From NCBI GenBank assembly GCA_043228905.1, contig JBHGNT010000010.1, forward strand, positions 17,422,001-17,486,000: DNA of 64,000 bases, read 5' to 3'. Made by a program: the position numbers and the translations under genes. The notes below the pieces were generated by a model. It was not told the origin of the DNA, did no database searches, and saw only the letters and a list, made by a program, of their open reading frames with translations. Positions 48,501-61,151 of this stretch are shown one piece after another (position 1 is the first letter of the stretch; every line of letters starts with the position of its first letter). The DNA comes from Azolla caroliniana (taxonomy: Eukaryota; Plantae; Polypodiophyta).

Positions 48501-49656
48501 GAAGGAGCACCTGGTATGCCGGTTGAAGAAGAGCCTTTACGGACTGAAGCAGGCTCCCTGGCAATGGTACCGGAAATTCGACTCTTTCATGACCGACGAA
48601 GGGTACCACAAAACGCAGTCCGATCACTGCGTGTTTGTGAAGAAGTTCGAAGGAGGAGACTTTCTAATACTCCTCCTGTACGTGGACGACATGTTGGTCG
48701 TCGGACGGGACCAGGTCAAGATACGGATGCTGAAGAAAGCGCTTCACCGAACCTTCTCAATGAAGGACCTGGGTCCGGCGAGGCAAATACTAGGGATGCA
48801 CATCATCCGGGACCGGAAGAAGAAGCAGTTGTGGCTGTCACAAGAGAAGTACATGACAAAGGTGCTTCATCGGTTCAACATGTCGGAAGCAAGACCGGTC
48901 GGGTCAACCCTCCCGGCAAACTGCAAGTTGTCCAGCAAGCAAAGCCCCAAGACAAAGGCTGAGAAGGAGGACATGATGAAAGTACCATATGCCTCTGCCG
49001 TCGGAAGCTTGATGTACACAATGGTGTGTACAAGACCGGACATAGGATATGCAGTCGGAGTGGTGAGCCGGTACATGAGCAATCCCAGCAAAGAGCACTG
49101 GAACGCGGCCAAGTGGATACTCCGATACCTGAAGGGCACGACAAACGTGTGCCTCCGATTCGGCTCCGGTAAGCCCGAACTCGACGGCTTTACCGATTCG
49201 GATATGTCTGCTGATGCAGATACCAGCCGGTCCACATCAGGGTATGTGATGACGTATGCAGGGGGAGATGTTTCGTGGCAGTCGAGGCTGCAGAAGACGG
49301 TTGTGTTGTCAACCACGGAGGCGGAGTACATGGCGGTTGTTGAAGCCGGTAAGGAAATAATATGGATGAAGGACTTCATTAGAGAGCTCGGTATCCGGCA
49401 GGAGGAGTACCGACTCTACTGCGACAGTCAGAGTGCCATCCACCTTGCGAAGAATGCGGCCTATCACTCCCGGACGAAGCACATCCAGTGAAGATATCAC
49501 TGGATCCGGGAAAGGATAGAAGACTAGGAGTTCGTGCTGACGAAGATCCACACGGACGAGAACGGGTCAGATATGCTGACCAAAGTGCTCACACCCGACA
49601 AGCTGGAAGCGTGCCGGAAGAGGGTCGGACTGGAAAGACATCCCATGCCGAAGTGA
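45583..49656 (+). pseudogene. Copia gag-pol polyprotein with two in-frame stops in the RNaseH tail
   Basis: Zinc knuckle CFHCGKPGHFRKNC, protease WVVDSGAS, LWHKRLCH, integrase LELVHTDV/ADNGGEY/NGLAER, RT YKARIVVKGF/QMDVKTAFLHG/LLLYVDDML and RNaseH GFTDSD/STTEAEY. TGA at 49489 and TAG at 49525 precede the natural stop at 49654. Confidence 0.95.
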
Positions 49657-49666
49657 AGGGGGAGTT

Positions 49667-50307
49667 TGTTGGGATTACGGTCCCTCCGGATGGGATGGTC
49701 AGATGTCCGGGAATCAGGAATGAAGACCCGAATGAGGAGTACCCGGTATCGGAACCGGATGATGAAGACCCGGTTCCGGATCCGGATGATGAAGACCCCG
49801 GCTACGGAGCCGGATGACGAATGTACCCGGAGAGAGATCCGGATGCGGGGACATATTTGTGAATATGTTTGCCAAGGGCCCTCTAGGCTATATTTGTAAA
49901 TAGCCCGAAAGTCATATGTGTATAAATATGACTTAGGGCAAACAGTTTTGTTGTTGTTGCTCATTTTTCTGTTTTCCATTTAGAGGGAGCGAAGTGAGAG
50001 CAGCCGAGAGAGAGAGAGAGAGTGAGAGAGAGAGAAAGGAAGAGGTCGACGCCTCTGTGTAATACCGCCGCCTGTGGCGAGGACAGCGAGCTCAAGGTCG
50101 TCGCCTTGCAGCTCGCCATTGTACATTCCCTGCGTATAGTGATAGTTGGAGTCTTGCACTCCCGTGGTTTTTCCCGTCTAGGGTTTTCCACGCTAAACCC
50201 TGTGCATTTGAGTCTCTCTTTGTGTTTTCGATTTACTGCTGCATTGACTAGTGTGTCCTCGGTTGTGGCCGAGAGGTGAAGGTTTTGAAAGCGTCAATTT
50301 TCTAACA
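49667..50307 (+). repeat. 3' LTR of the young Copia
   Basis: 641 bp, TG...CA, follows the PPT. Confidence 0.97.
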
Positions 50308-50312
50308 TTGTA

Positions 50313-50721
50313 ATCGTCGGACATAACGCATGGTATAGAGTATTATATTAGGAGCGTTAAAGTAACACGTGTAACGGTTTTACGCAGGGAGCATAACCAA
50401 TTAGAAGCCCTGTGTATATAAGGGGCGAGAGACCATTGTAAAGGGTTAGCGTATTGTAAGAGCGTCGTTTTAATATAGTTTTATCTTCTCTAATCTTGGT
50501 ATTTTGTCTATTGGTCTCTTGTTTTCGTTTCTCGTTCTCTGTACACGACTGTGTTGTAGTAAACACAAGGTAAGTGTGCATTGGATAACTACACTCCTAC
50601 GAAGGTTCGGTTGTAGTCGTTCCCCCAATCACGCACTACGCATCCCTATTCCCTTGCACCACGATCACCTTGTAAGCTACCCCGAAGGATTGAGGGTGGA
50701 CTGTGTTCCTAACTGGTAACA
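50313..50721 (+). mobile_element. LTR-like sequence into which the young Copia probably inserted
   Basis: TATATAAGG at about 50416 followed by LTR-like R/U5 composition ending ...TGGTAACA. Left boundary (about 44820-44907) and TSD are not resolved. Confidence 0.4.
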
Positions 50722-50734
50722 ATTTCGTCCTTTT

Positions 50735-53700
50735 CTAATTCAATACTATTTTTAGCTTCGACAAATTGAAATGGAATCCCTTTCTTTTGGACTCTTGCCG
50801 AGCCATCTTATAGCCATGATATTTGGTAATCAACAAGAATACATGCATGTTCATCATATTAATAACCAAATTTATGGAACTAGAGCAAGAAATCTTGAAT
50901 GGTTTTTCAACAATGTGTGCCAATTGAGTACCAAATAACACAACAATATTGACAGTTATCCCAAGGAGTTCACCGAATAGAAGGTGAACTCCTTGCGGGT
51001 TTTGCTTTTGGCATTGTTTGGCTTTCGGTGTCAACTTCTGTTCGGCTTTCAACATTTTTGGTTCCTTCCTCTTGAGCCTACGACGAGGGCTTGTAATTCT
51101 TCATCCATGGCTTCCATCCATTGGGGGTCACGAACAGCCTCAATAATACTTTTAGGTTCTTGGTCAGCCACAAGCTTCATCATGAAGGCATAATGGTGGG
51201 CCATATACTCGTTGTGGCTGAACTGAGTGACCGGGTTCTTCTCTCGAGATGAGCGCTAGAGTTTTTCGTTAGCCAATGTGAGCACCTTTTTTCCTTCGAG
51301 TGTCTGCATAATGGGTACACCAAACTCACTGCCTAGTGAGCAAGTTGACACATCCTAATCACTTTCATTGGGGTGGTCGACTTCATATTCAGACATCTTA
51401 CCTTTGCCTTTGTCAGAGTCGGCCCCTGGTTGAGATATGCTTTCATTGTTTGGAGGCTCTTGTGGTTCGCTCATCATGGTTGAGCTTGGGTTGTCACTAG
51501 GTATAGGCTTCGGTTGAATGTCGTCCTCCGAATTTATGTCAAACTCTTCCTCAGTCGAGCTGGATGGAGTCGAATCAAGTTCATACCATGATGTCGATTC
51601 ATCGAAGACTACGTCCTGACTTACCCGAACCGCTTGGGTCGAAGGGTTGAAGCACTAGTATCCCTTTTGCTCAAACGAGTATTCTACAATATACATTTCT
51701 CTAACTTCGGGTCAAGCTTCTGTCGTTTTTCGTTCAAGATGTGAACATATGCAATACTTCAGAACACTTTCAGGTGCGAAAGGATCGGCTTCCTTCCAAC
51801 AAAGATCTTGTATGGGGTTAGCTCATGCACTCCATTAATGGTTCACCGATTCATGAGATAAACGGTTGTGGATGCCACTTCGGCCCAATAGAAATTCGAC
51901 ATATGCTTCTCATGCAACGTGATGCGTGCTACCTTGAGTATATGCTGATTCTTCCTTTCGGCTACTCCATTTTGTTGGGGTGTGTCAGCATGAAAATTCT
52001 ATCCTTATTCCCTCACCTTGGAGATAGGAGATGAATTCATCGGAGGAGTACTCCTTCCCTCCATCCAATCGTGGGCATCTAATATGCCTCCCAGTTTCTT
52101 ATTCGACTTGACTCTTGAGCTTTTGGAAGTGGGAGAGCACTTCACTCTTTTTCTTCATCAGGAAGATCCACGTGTACTGAGAGTAATCGTCGATGAAGGT
52201 GACGTAGTATCGGCATTCGCCGATTGTCAGGGTTTGAGCCCCCCCCCATACATCTGAGTGGACTACATCTAGGAGGTCATTGCTTACGTGTCTCTCATTT
52301 GGGAATGGGAGTCGATATTGTTTGTTGAGTTAACATGTTTCACACACTTAGTCGACTCGTTTCGACTCAAAGGCCGGAAACCTGATGACGACTCCCTTTG
52401 ATTGCATCCATCAAAGGCGTTGGAGGTTGATGTGGTTGATTCTCTTGTGCCACAACTCGATATTCGTCTCAACTTTGACACCTTTGGCATACATGGCCAA
52501 TTCCAACTCGTTCGAATTGAGAATGAAAATTCGTTCGTCTCTCTATCCTCTGGCTATGAGTCGACCATTCTTTTCTATAAAGCATCCTCCATTGTTGAAA
52601 CAAACTTGCATGCCTTGCTCCATGATTTGGCCGACTAAAACCAAATTCTTCATTATTGTTGGAACGTGCAAGTCATTGTTAATATAATTGTTTTTGTTGT
52701 CTTGGCTTAATGGAACTTTGTCGATGTGCCAAATGGGATGTGTGGTGTTGTCTCTCGTCTATATATAGTCAGGTCGATCTTGCGTTCTCAAGTCACGAAA
52801 CCATTCTTAGTGTGACGTCATATGATTTGAGGCGCCTCGATGAACCACACGTCTTCCGAATTGGAGGTGTTGGTGGAGTCGGATGCCGACATAGAGTTAG
52901 CCTTATGTCGCATGACAAACAATCCACCGTAGTCTTCAAAGTCAGAGTTAGAGGTGTAGTTTGTGAGTTTCCAAGTTGTGGAAGCAGACTCGCTTCTTTT
53001 CTTTCAGCACTCCTCTTCATGGTGGTCGATCTTCCCACAATAGTTTCAGGTAAGTGGCATGGTTTGTCGACCTCGTTCGGCATGGAAGCTCCCCGTCTCC
53101 CCATTCTTCTGAAGGTTCCGTCTTCTTGCCAAAGGTCTGAGTTCCCTTTGTGAGATGGGCCGAATCGACCTCTTTTGCCATCACCACCTCATCCTTGGCC
53201 ACCATCCGAATTCGAGAAGAACATTTTTCCTTCCGACATCTTACCCTTGCTTCGGACGTGGTTCTCTTCAACCAATGACATTGATTGAAGGTCGAAGAAC
53301 GAATGAGGGTTTTCTCTCGCCAAGATTGTCGTCCTTATTAGATTGAACCGTTGTGTGAGGCCGCCCAAGCATACTTGAACCATCTCGTCTTTGTTGACGT
53401 TTATGTTGATGGAGCCAAGTGAGTCGCAAATATTCTTTATCTTGACAATGTCGTCCGACACGGACATGTCCTTCTACCGAATGTTGTTCAACTCTTGTCG
53501 GAGTTGAAGCTTGCAAGTGGTTGTGTTGGTCGGGTTTGTTTTCAAGTGTGTTGTTGATGTAGCTCCAATAACCTTGACCAACAAGGTATTGGTTCATCTT
53601 GTACTCCCAATATGAGAAATTGCTCTGGTCTAGCTTTTCACTTTGGATCGAACTACCCATTTGTGTGTTCATGTTAATGTAGTGTCTTCCTTTTTTGGCT

Positions 53701-55015
53701 TTTCTTCCTTGGGTCACGTTCACGTGCTACGTAGCGGCACTACGGTAACGGATAGCCGGAGTTGTCGTCGGCGTCTCGAACACACAATCACAATAAATTG
53801 GGTGGGCTTAGTGGATACGCTAAACCACACGCTCTGATACCATGTTAATAATTAGATAATTAACTAAGAGTTAATTAGTATCGAATTATGTGAGTAGTTA
53901 ATCACGGGTTAATCACGTATGTGATTATGCAACATAAAGTTATGTGATATGTGTGAGAGAGAAAGACAAAGAGGAAGTTACACTATGAACAATAAGACAA
54001 ATGAGGGATGATTAACAAGAGTGTAGCCAGATAACCTTTCTCTATATTAATAAGCATCAAGTTACAAAAATACCCGCAATGAGGTATATATAGATAACAT
54101 GTGCAAGGGTGCACATGTGTGAGGAGAATATATGTACAAGCATAGAATGGACCATATGTATCATACATGCATTCGCATTCGAGAATGATTCAATCAAACA
54201 TGTATGGTAAATCATCGCAACATTGGATTGGATATATTAGAATGGTATTGCTTGAATCACATGTCATCAAGTTTCAATACTTAGGAATTATTAAAGTACT
54301 AAACATTAGAAAGAGGGAGAAAGAGGGAGAGAGAGTGAGAGAGTGGCAGGAGTTGTTATGAGCTAAAGCTTCAGCTTCTATGCCAGTATTCCAATGACCA
54401 TTCACCTTCCTTCTCTTTGTCCTCAGATTCTTCATGTTGTTTTGATCACCGCCATCATCATGATGACTCTGATTCTAAGGATCACCATGGTCCATGAGTA
54501 TGATTCATCTGATTATGAGGATAACCATGACTACAATTCATCTTATTCCCGTCGACATGGTGGATCAAGCTTCTACTCTTCTTGCTCATCATGATGGTGT
54601 TCTTGAGATTAATGTTGGCTTTGTGCATGTCCTTGGCTCTAAGAATCTCCTCCCTCCATCCTCTCCACGATCATGAGCCACACCTACTGCCTAGAGTTCC
54701 CCATCACTCCTCTGTTACTTCTCTTTTGATTCATCCATGCCTGCTTCTTCATTGTCTTTACCATGAATTATACTGAGGTGGCTGAGATGTAGCAAAAGCC
54801 ATGGAGCACTACATCCATGACCTGGCGGCAGAATTGTGGTAAATAAGTTCGCCATAACCATAGTCGTAGACTAGGCGGGAAGGAGGATCAAGAAGCACAA
54901 CAGAATGACTGGAGAAAACATGGCCGCCAAGATATGGCAAATGAGTAGCGTTATTGATCATGTTCTGATATGAAGAAGTAGTAGCAGAAGAAGAAGATTC
55001 ATGAGGAGGATGAGA

Positions 55016-55062
<47 letters not shown>

Positions 55063-55337
55063 TAAAAGAAAAAAGGAACACGCATTTTTCTCATTTCAAA
55101 TGTGTTCGTTTCCAAATGTTTGAATGCTTCCATGAAAACGTTTATTACGTTCTATGGGTACAAGGATGTAAGTCCTATATTAAATGAACTTGGTAGTGGA
55201 AGATCTAGAATGTATCCCACTAAGTACAAGGTCCTATTTAAAGCCTTACAATCAACATATTAACTAGATTCTATTTATGTAACTTAGTTACATAATTGAC
55301 AAAATAACTAAACCTAGTTGAGCTTGATATCTCAACA
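50735..55337 (-). mobile_element. Degenerate 3'-truncated Copia with a 1.5-kb 5' LTR (53843-55337)
   Basis: PBS TGGTATCAGAGC on the minus strand at 53842-53831 abuts the LTR TGTTAAT...CTCAACA. Gag LDQSNFSYWEYKMNQYLVGQGYW, protease ..ASNHMT and integrase remnants. No 3' LTR found. Confidence 0.85.
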
Positions 55338-56350
55338 CTCTTTGTCGAGGATTTCATAATTTATTCCTCGAACTTCAAATCTAGAAAACAAAATGTGATT
55401 AAATGTAATAGCTCATCATCCTCTATTTGTGATAGGACAATTGCAAGTGTGATCTCAAATGCATCAACTTTCATGATGATGGCACTTGGTTCAATAGACA
55501 TGAACAAAAATGTGAGCAAATGTAAAAGCTTGCTTTAAATTGTCAAATAGTTTGTTTGCGATTCCATGTAATTAATTGATTACTCTATGTAAGTTATGTG
55601 AGATACAACACGATCTTCAAATAACTCTTAATGAATTTGTGAGAGAAATTCACAAATCCTAATAAATATTCTACATCCCCAAATGAAAGTGGTCTCCCAA
55701 TTGCCTAGAATCATTATGAATTTCCCTTGGATCCATAGAACTTTCAACTGCCCTATTGGTGAGACTACGTATCTCACAAACTCCACTTTTAATCAAAACT
55801 TGATTAATGCATAATTGGGCTCTTCTTGAGTTTTTTAATAATTTATGATGTCTATATCAAGTGTGAAAAACTTATTCCGTGAATATCAAGCTTTGTGAAG
55901 TATTTGGCTCCTCTAAAATACCTAAAGATCGATGCAAAGCATAATTGTTTTGAATGGCATCCATATTCAATTAACCATTGATAATCCATAACCAAAAGAA
56001 AAGAAGCTTATGTTTTCTTCACAAAGAAGATGTGTGCAACAAAGGAGATCTAGAATGTTAGGGAAAACCATTCACCAAATATTTGTTGATATATCCTTGA
56101 AGAGCCTTGAGTTTGACGGGGGCAATTTATAAAAGCATCCCCATTGTGGTTTTTTCTTGGTTACAAATTATGGGATAATCATAAAGTCAATGCTCTAGGA
56201 GCATATTTTCCTCCACCTTATTGAAGACATCTATAAACTCTTGATAAATTGTTGATCTTTAGTTCTCTAACTTAAGGCCGAAAAGATGGAGTTAACAACA
56301 CTACATGTAAATATTATTTCTTTGTCCCTTCTCAAGTAAACTTCATATAA
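55338..56350 (-). mobile_element. Degenerate Gypsy RT/RNaseH remnant
   Basis: Minus strand reads like P..LKALQGYI...HSRSP..HIFFVKK..MDY and ends INYEILDKE at the Copia LTR edge. Confidence 0.6.
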
Positions 56351-56499
56351 CAAGAGTCAAGATGGAGTCCTAAATTTGGCTTTGCAAGTAATGACTCTTT
56401 CAATCTCCAAATTATATAGTTCAAAGTTCAAACCTAAGAATACATGTAAGCTCTACGCTCCTAATCATGTTGATGGAAATCACACGTGCCAAATCACCA

Positions 56500-59450
56500 A
56501 AAACCCAATGAACTAGACTAATTGATTTGTGTTCCTAGTGCAGTAGGGTATCGATCAGTCAACGGCCACTATAATGGTTGGATAAGGAAACTCCTTCAAG
56601 GGTTAACTTCTAAATTAAAGAGGAGTAAGTGCAATAATTGGATGTCATCTAATTATCATATTGGTATGAACTTTTGTTGCAAGTGCTCTATCAAATGGAA
56701 CCAATATTGGGAACTATCTTTATATATCTTGAATTGACAAAGTAAAAGGACCCAACTTTGACCATGCTTAATCATCTAACTTCCATTCTAATTAACATAA
56801 ACTGCAAAATTATTGGACTACATAATAAAGTTTTGTTCACCTTGAAACAAAGGTCTTCACCAATGTACCATTTATGAGAAAAGGTTGGGTACTTGAGCAA
56901 GTCATGAAAGTGGGGCTATTGTCACTGTTAAGTAATTAGGTAATTAACTAGGGTTAATTAGAGACTAATTATATGGTTACGTTAAGCAACGGAAGATTAG
57001 TATGATATGCGCGTGAGAGTGTGTGAGAGGAAGAGAGAGAGAGAGGAAGTTACACCTGAACACAAAGATAAATGGGGGATGATTGACTATATTGAAAGGT
57101 GTCATCAACTACAAAAATAGCCACAATGAGGTATATATACAACCCATGTGCAAAGGTGCACATGTGTGGGTAGAACATAGGTACTTATGTGTAAGTCCTA
57201 CATTAAATGTACTAAGGAGTGGAGGATCTAGAATATCTCACTTAAGTACAAGGTCCTATTTAAGGCTTAAGGTCAACACATTAACTAGATTCGATCTAAG
57301 TAACTACTAAGTTACATGTGTTGACTAACTAGATTAAACTAGTTGAGCTTGATATCTCAACAATCACCAATGCAAGAGATCTTGAGCATGAAATTTCTTG
57401 GGGCTTAGAAGGCTACTCAAATAATCAATGATCACAATACACTTGTCAATTAATGATTTTTGCCTGTAATTTGGGGTTTCATAAAGGTAAGAAGCAAAAC
57501 ATTCATGTCATTACAAAGCCCATGCCAAAGTTGATTGATTAATTCCTCTTCATTCCATGGAATGTCATATCGGTTGACATCTTCACATTACCAATATATC
57601 CCAAACATTATTGAAATTCCTTGATGAGCCTTTTGACATCCTCTAACAATGACAACTTTTTTCTAGCAATGTTGCAAACCATGCTTATGTCTTCAAACAA
57701 TCTTTATTTGATATATAATTATTATTTTTTAAGTATGCTTTCACATGAGGCATCTTAAGTCATGTTGTTCTATAATGTGTTTTTTTCTTAATATATAAGC
57801 TTTCTTATGCAAGATATGGTTAGCTCTAGTGGTATTATGAGTTGCTCTTTCAAAACAATCTTATGAATGTTCGCAATGGTCCTTCTTGTCTTTTTTCTTT
57901 TTTTGCCAATAACGGTTTATATTATGTCTAAAGCAATTTGCATGATACTTCAACACAAATTTTTACCTTTCTCAAGTACATATCTCCCAAAGCATTACCA
58001 AGAACAGTTGTACATGGCCATCTGCCTCATGTCGGTGGAGGAAATACCCAGAGAGGTTTTTAAGAATAAATGGGAAAGGATGAATGTCTTCAACATGGTT
58101 AATGGTTGTATACATTGGTGGTATGAATCTTGTAATACTGCAATGACACATATGTGGCTTGACATTTTGGACTCCCCAAGACTCCATAGTTTGTTATTTG
58201 AAAGTATTATTGACCGCAACTTCATAACTTCATAGTTGTTACAACCATTGTCAATTATACATGGTCAATAGTGATCAATTTTTTGGGATATCATTACAAA
58301 CTCGTATTTGGAAGGTTTTGATGCCATTTTGACAATGGTGCATTAGTTCACTATGATGGCACCTTTCATTATATGCATCGAAACAACAACACATTATTGT
58401 GGATAAAAATTCATCAAAGTTTTGGAAGAACCAAGTCAAATTAGGTCAAGCAACTAAAAAATTTCTATAAGTAGCTATTTTAACTTTTCGAGCTTTCATC
58501 CACAAAGGTGACAACTAAATTGAGATGTAATAAGACATTACGACGATGCCTTCATCATTTCATCAACTACCAAGAAGATTAAATTATTGGCTTCTTACTT
58601 ATCGAGACCTTTTGCATACAATAATTTGAAACATCATTCTATTGGGCATACTCCATTCATATGTCACCGTTCTCGTTGGACGATGTTTGAACATTCTTAA
58701 GTATCTAATAACCATGTTATTGATGATCGCATGCATTGGTTGCATATTGTCATCGTGTTTCTCATTAAGGAAATATGACTTCCAATTTGGGGATCTGTGT
58801 GTGGCAATTGGGCCACAATGTGAGTATCAATATCTTCATCCATTCATGATCTCCTTCCAAATTAATGTCATGTCTACAACACATTTGTGTCCCTACCTAT
58901 TATTCAACATATACTTTTGGGGCATTAGGCTTCCGATCCCATTATAGGCTTGGTTATTCCTCCAACTCTAGTTCTACTCGTTCATCATCCAAAGTACGAG
59001 TTTGACATTGTTTTGGACTCCAAGGTTATGCATAATAAGTTATATTACCCTTTTGATTGATTAAGTTATGCACAACTTAGTGATCAAACATGAGATTTTG
59101 TAGAGAATATTTCGAAGGGGCCCAACTAATGTACCCGATTTTCATTGTTGATATCTTCATAGGCCAAGTACTAGCTCATGTATTTGACTCGCGGAACTCA
59201 TTATTGAATAAGGGTGGATAGTGTCATGCATTAGTTGGGGGGCTTGAGCTCGTGACCACTTTACTTCGACAAACATGCTACTATTGGATACATAACAAGT
59301 ATTGTTGTATTGTTATAGTTATCACACTATCGTTATGGCATTCTATATGGTAGTTATTGTAGCATTTAACATGGTAGAAAACTCGTCAATATGCACAATA
59401 GCCAATTCCTTTTTACACCATTGATATTTGATTTGGCATTAAAGGGAAAG
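56500..59450 (+). mobile_element. Degenerate chromodomain-bearing Gypsy (chromovirus) pol remnant with start of 3' LTR
   Basis: Integrase-like remnants 58100-58700. Chromodomain-like YEFDIVLDSKVMHNKLYY..D*..Y.....T*..VENI at about 58995-59112. PPT-like AAGGGTGGATAG then TGTCATG at 59223. Confidence 0.65.
56926..57362 (-). mobile_element. Solo LTR (437 bp) related to the 53843-55337 LTR
   Basis: TGTTAA...CTAGTTGAGCTTGATATCTCAACA, with flanks GTCAC/ATCAC (4/5). Shares both ends with 53843-55337. Confidence 0.85.
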
Positions 59451-60771
59451 CTTATTAGAACTTAGAAGGATGTCATGTTTTTATATGTCTTGGCCATAAT
59501 CAAAGATAATGCATATGGGCAATGCTTTAATTGAATGACAAATATGCATTTTATTTGCTTTGCCCTTGATAGGGATAACTTGTTCCATGAACGATCATTA
59601 GAGAAATCATCTTTCAGGTACAAGAACTTACAAAAGTATGCTACCTTGTTCACAAAACTATCTGTGTACATGCTTGGTACATGTCTAGATCCATAATCAC
59701 ACATTTTAATCTTCAAACTTAGGCGGTGACTTCAACTGAGCATAAATAAGCACATATTGCAGACAGGTGAGTGCATTGTTGTAGTTCTCCAATGAAGCCA
59801 TTACCATTTTGTTGTTATAATCCAACATATCTATCATATTGCGATGATGACGATCATGGGGAAATAGAGGATTTGCAAATTTTTTCTGAAATTTATCTTG
59901 AGAATTGATAACGACAAATTCTTACTTCTGCTATTTCTTAACGACAACTTTTTTCAAAGTCTTACTTTACCCTGGGTTAGCTAACAAAGCTAGGACACAC
60001 TGAGTGGCAAGTGGGAATTGCTTGTGATAGTTTGCCACCATACAACTCCTTGCATCCTTCCATTCATTGCTACGTGGGTATTGAAATTGAAAGGTTAGCA
60101 TAGAAAACAAACATCGTACATAAAGAAGAAGAAGAAAAATACGAAGTAACTTGCTTGGAGAATATTTCACGAGGATGATAATTAACTGAGCGACACGTCA
60201 TTAACGGACTATATTTATCACGATCTCTCGATTATAAAGAACTGGAAAATTTTGCGAACATCAGGAATGTAAGAGTCCACCAAATTTGTGTGTTATTTCT
60301 ATTTTTGACAGAACAATTCTTATCGACGTATTTCTAAACTACATATAGTTCATCACAATGGGTAAAGGAAAACAACAATGTCAGGATGAGCAAATTCTTT
60401 CTTCTCTGAAAGACAAATTGTTGATGAGAATGATGTACACAAAAAATAAAAAACACAAAACTTAAATTAGAGATAAGATAATTATGATTAGGGGAAATGA
60501 ATTCCAATTCTAGGGTTTTAGTAGTAGTAATTAGAGATAAAAAAAAAGAAAAATGTAAGCAAGAAAGAGAGAGATTTTGTTTGGAGTGATGGGATGGATT
60601 GCTAATGTTTTTTGTGCAAGAGGAGATTAATTAGAGTTTTTAGTAATTAATAATAATAATAATAATAATTATTATTCTAATTACTATGTAGTGATAAATC
60701 CATCTGGGTATTTATGTATTAAAATGGAAAGCTTAATATTATTATTAACATAATACATACACTACATAGTG

Positions 60772-60772
<1 letters not shown>

Positions 60773-60808
<36 letters not shown>

Positions 60809-61130
60809 CTTCTCTCTCTCTCTCTCTCTGTTTCTCTGTCTCTGTCTCTGTGTGTCTCTCTGTCTGCGTTTCCTTCTGAAGAATCAGAGCTCTCTCTGTT
60901 CCTCTCTGTCTCAACCCTAAACCTTTCTATCTTGAGGCTCGCCGCCCCCCCCCCCCCTTTCAACCCTTTTTTTCCTGCTCAGGACCTTCTTTAAACCCTA
61001 GCCTTCTACGCGGAGTCTCACGCCCTTCCTTTTTTTAGGGTTTTCTCCCATTCTTCCCACAACCTTCACCGTCTCTAGATCGTGCTCTAGAGACCGTCGA
61101 GTTGCGCTTCCTGATCTTTGGTTAGGGTTT
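60773..61130 (+). promoter_or_regulatory. CT-rich leader with multiple telo-box motifs upstream of SPT5
   Basis: (CT)n 60773-60830. AACCCTA/TAGGGTT at about 60913, 60994, 61036 and 61123. Confidence 0.55.
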
Positions 61131-61151
61131 CCCGAGCCGTTTTCTCCCACC

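Larger units (their letters stand above)
44913..50307 (+). mobile_element. Young full-length Ty1/Copia LTR retrotransposon (5395 bp)
   Basis: LTRs 44913-45551 and 49667-50307 (TG...CA). TSD TTGTA at 44908-44912 and 50308-50312. PBS TGGTATCAGAGC (initiator Met tRNA) at 45555-45566. PPT GAAGTGAAGGGGGAG before the 3' LTR. Confidence 0.98.

Noticed and set aside
45636-49551. Many antisense and alternative-frame ORFs in the Copia
   Set aside because: Expected by-products of a GC-rich coding sequence; no recognisable motifs.
49489-49656. Programmed stop read-through or an env-like extra ORF in the Copia
   Set aside because: The stops lie within the conserved RNaseH tail and are explained by single C>T changes; there is no space for an extra ORF before the PPT.
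55338-56925. Inversion of a single Gypsy pol between two related LTRs
   Set aside because: The plus-strand remnant seems to have its own RT-RH junction (KWNQ near 56693, IYEK near 56870), so two independent opposite-strand elements are simpler.
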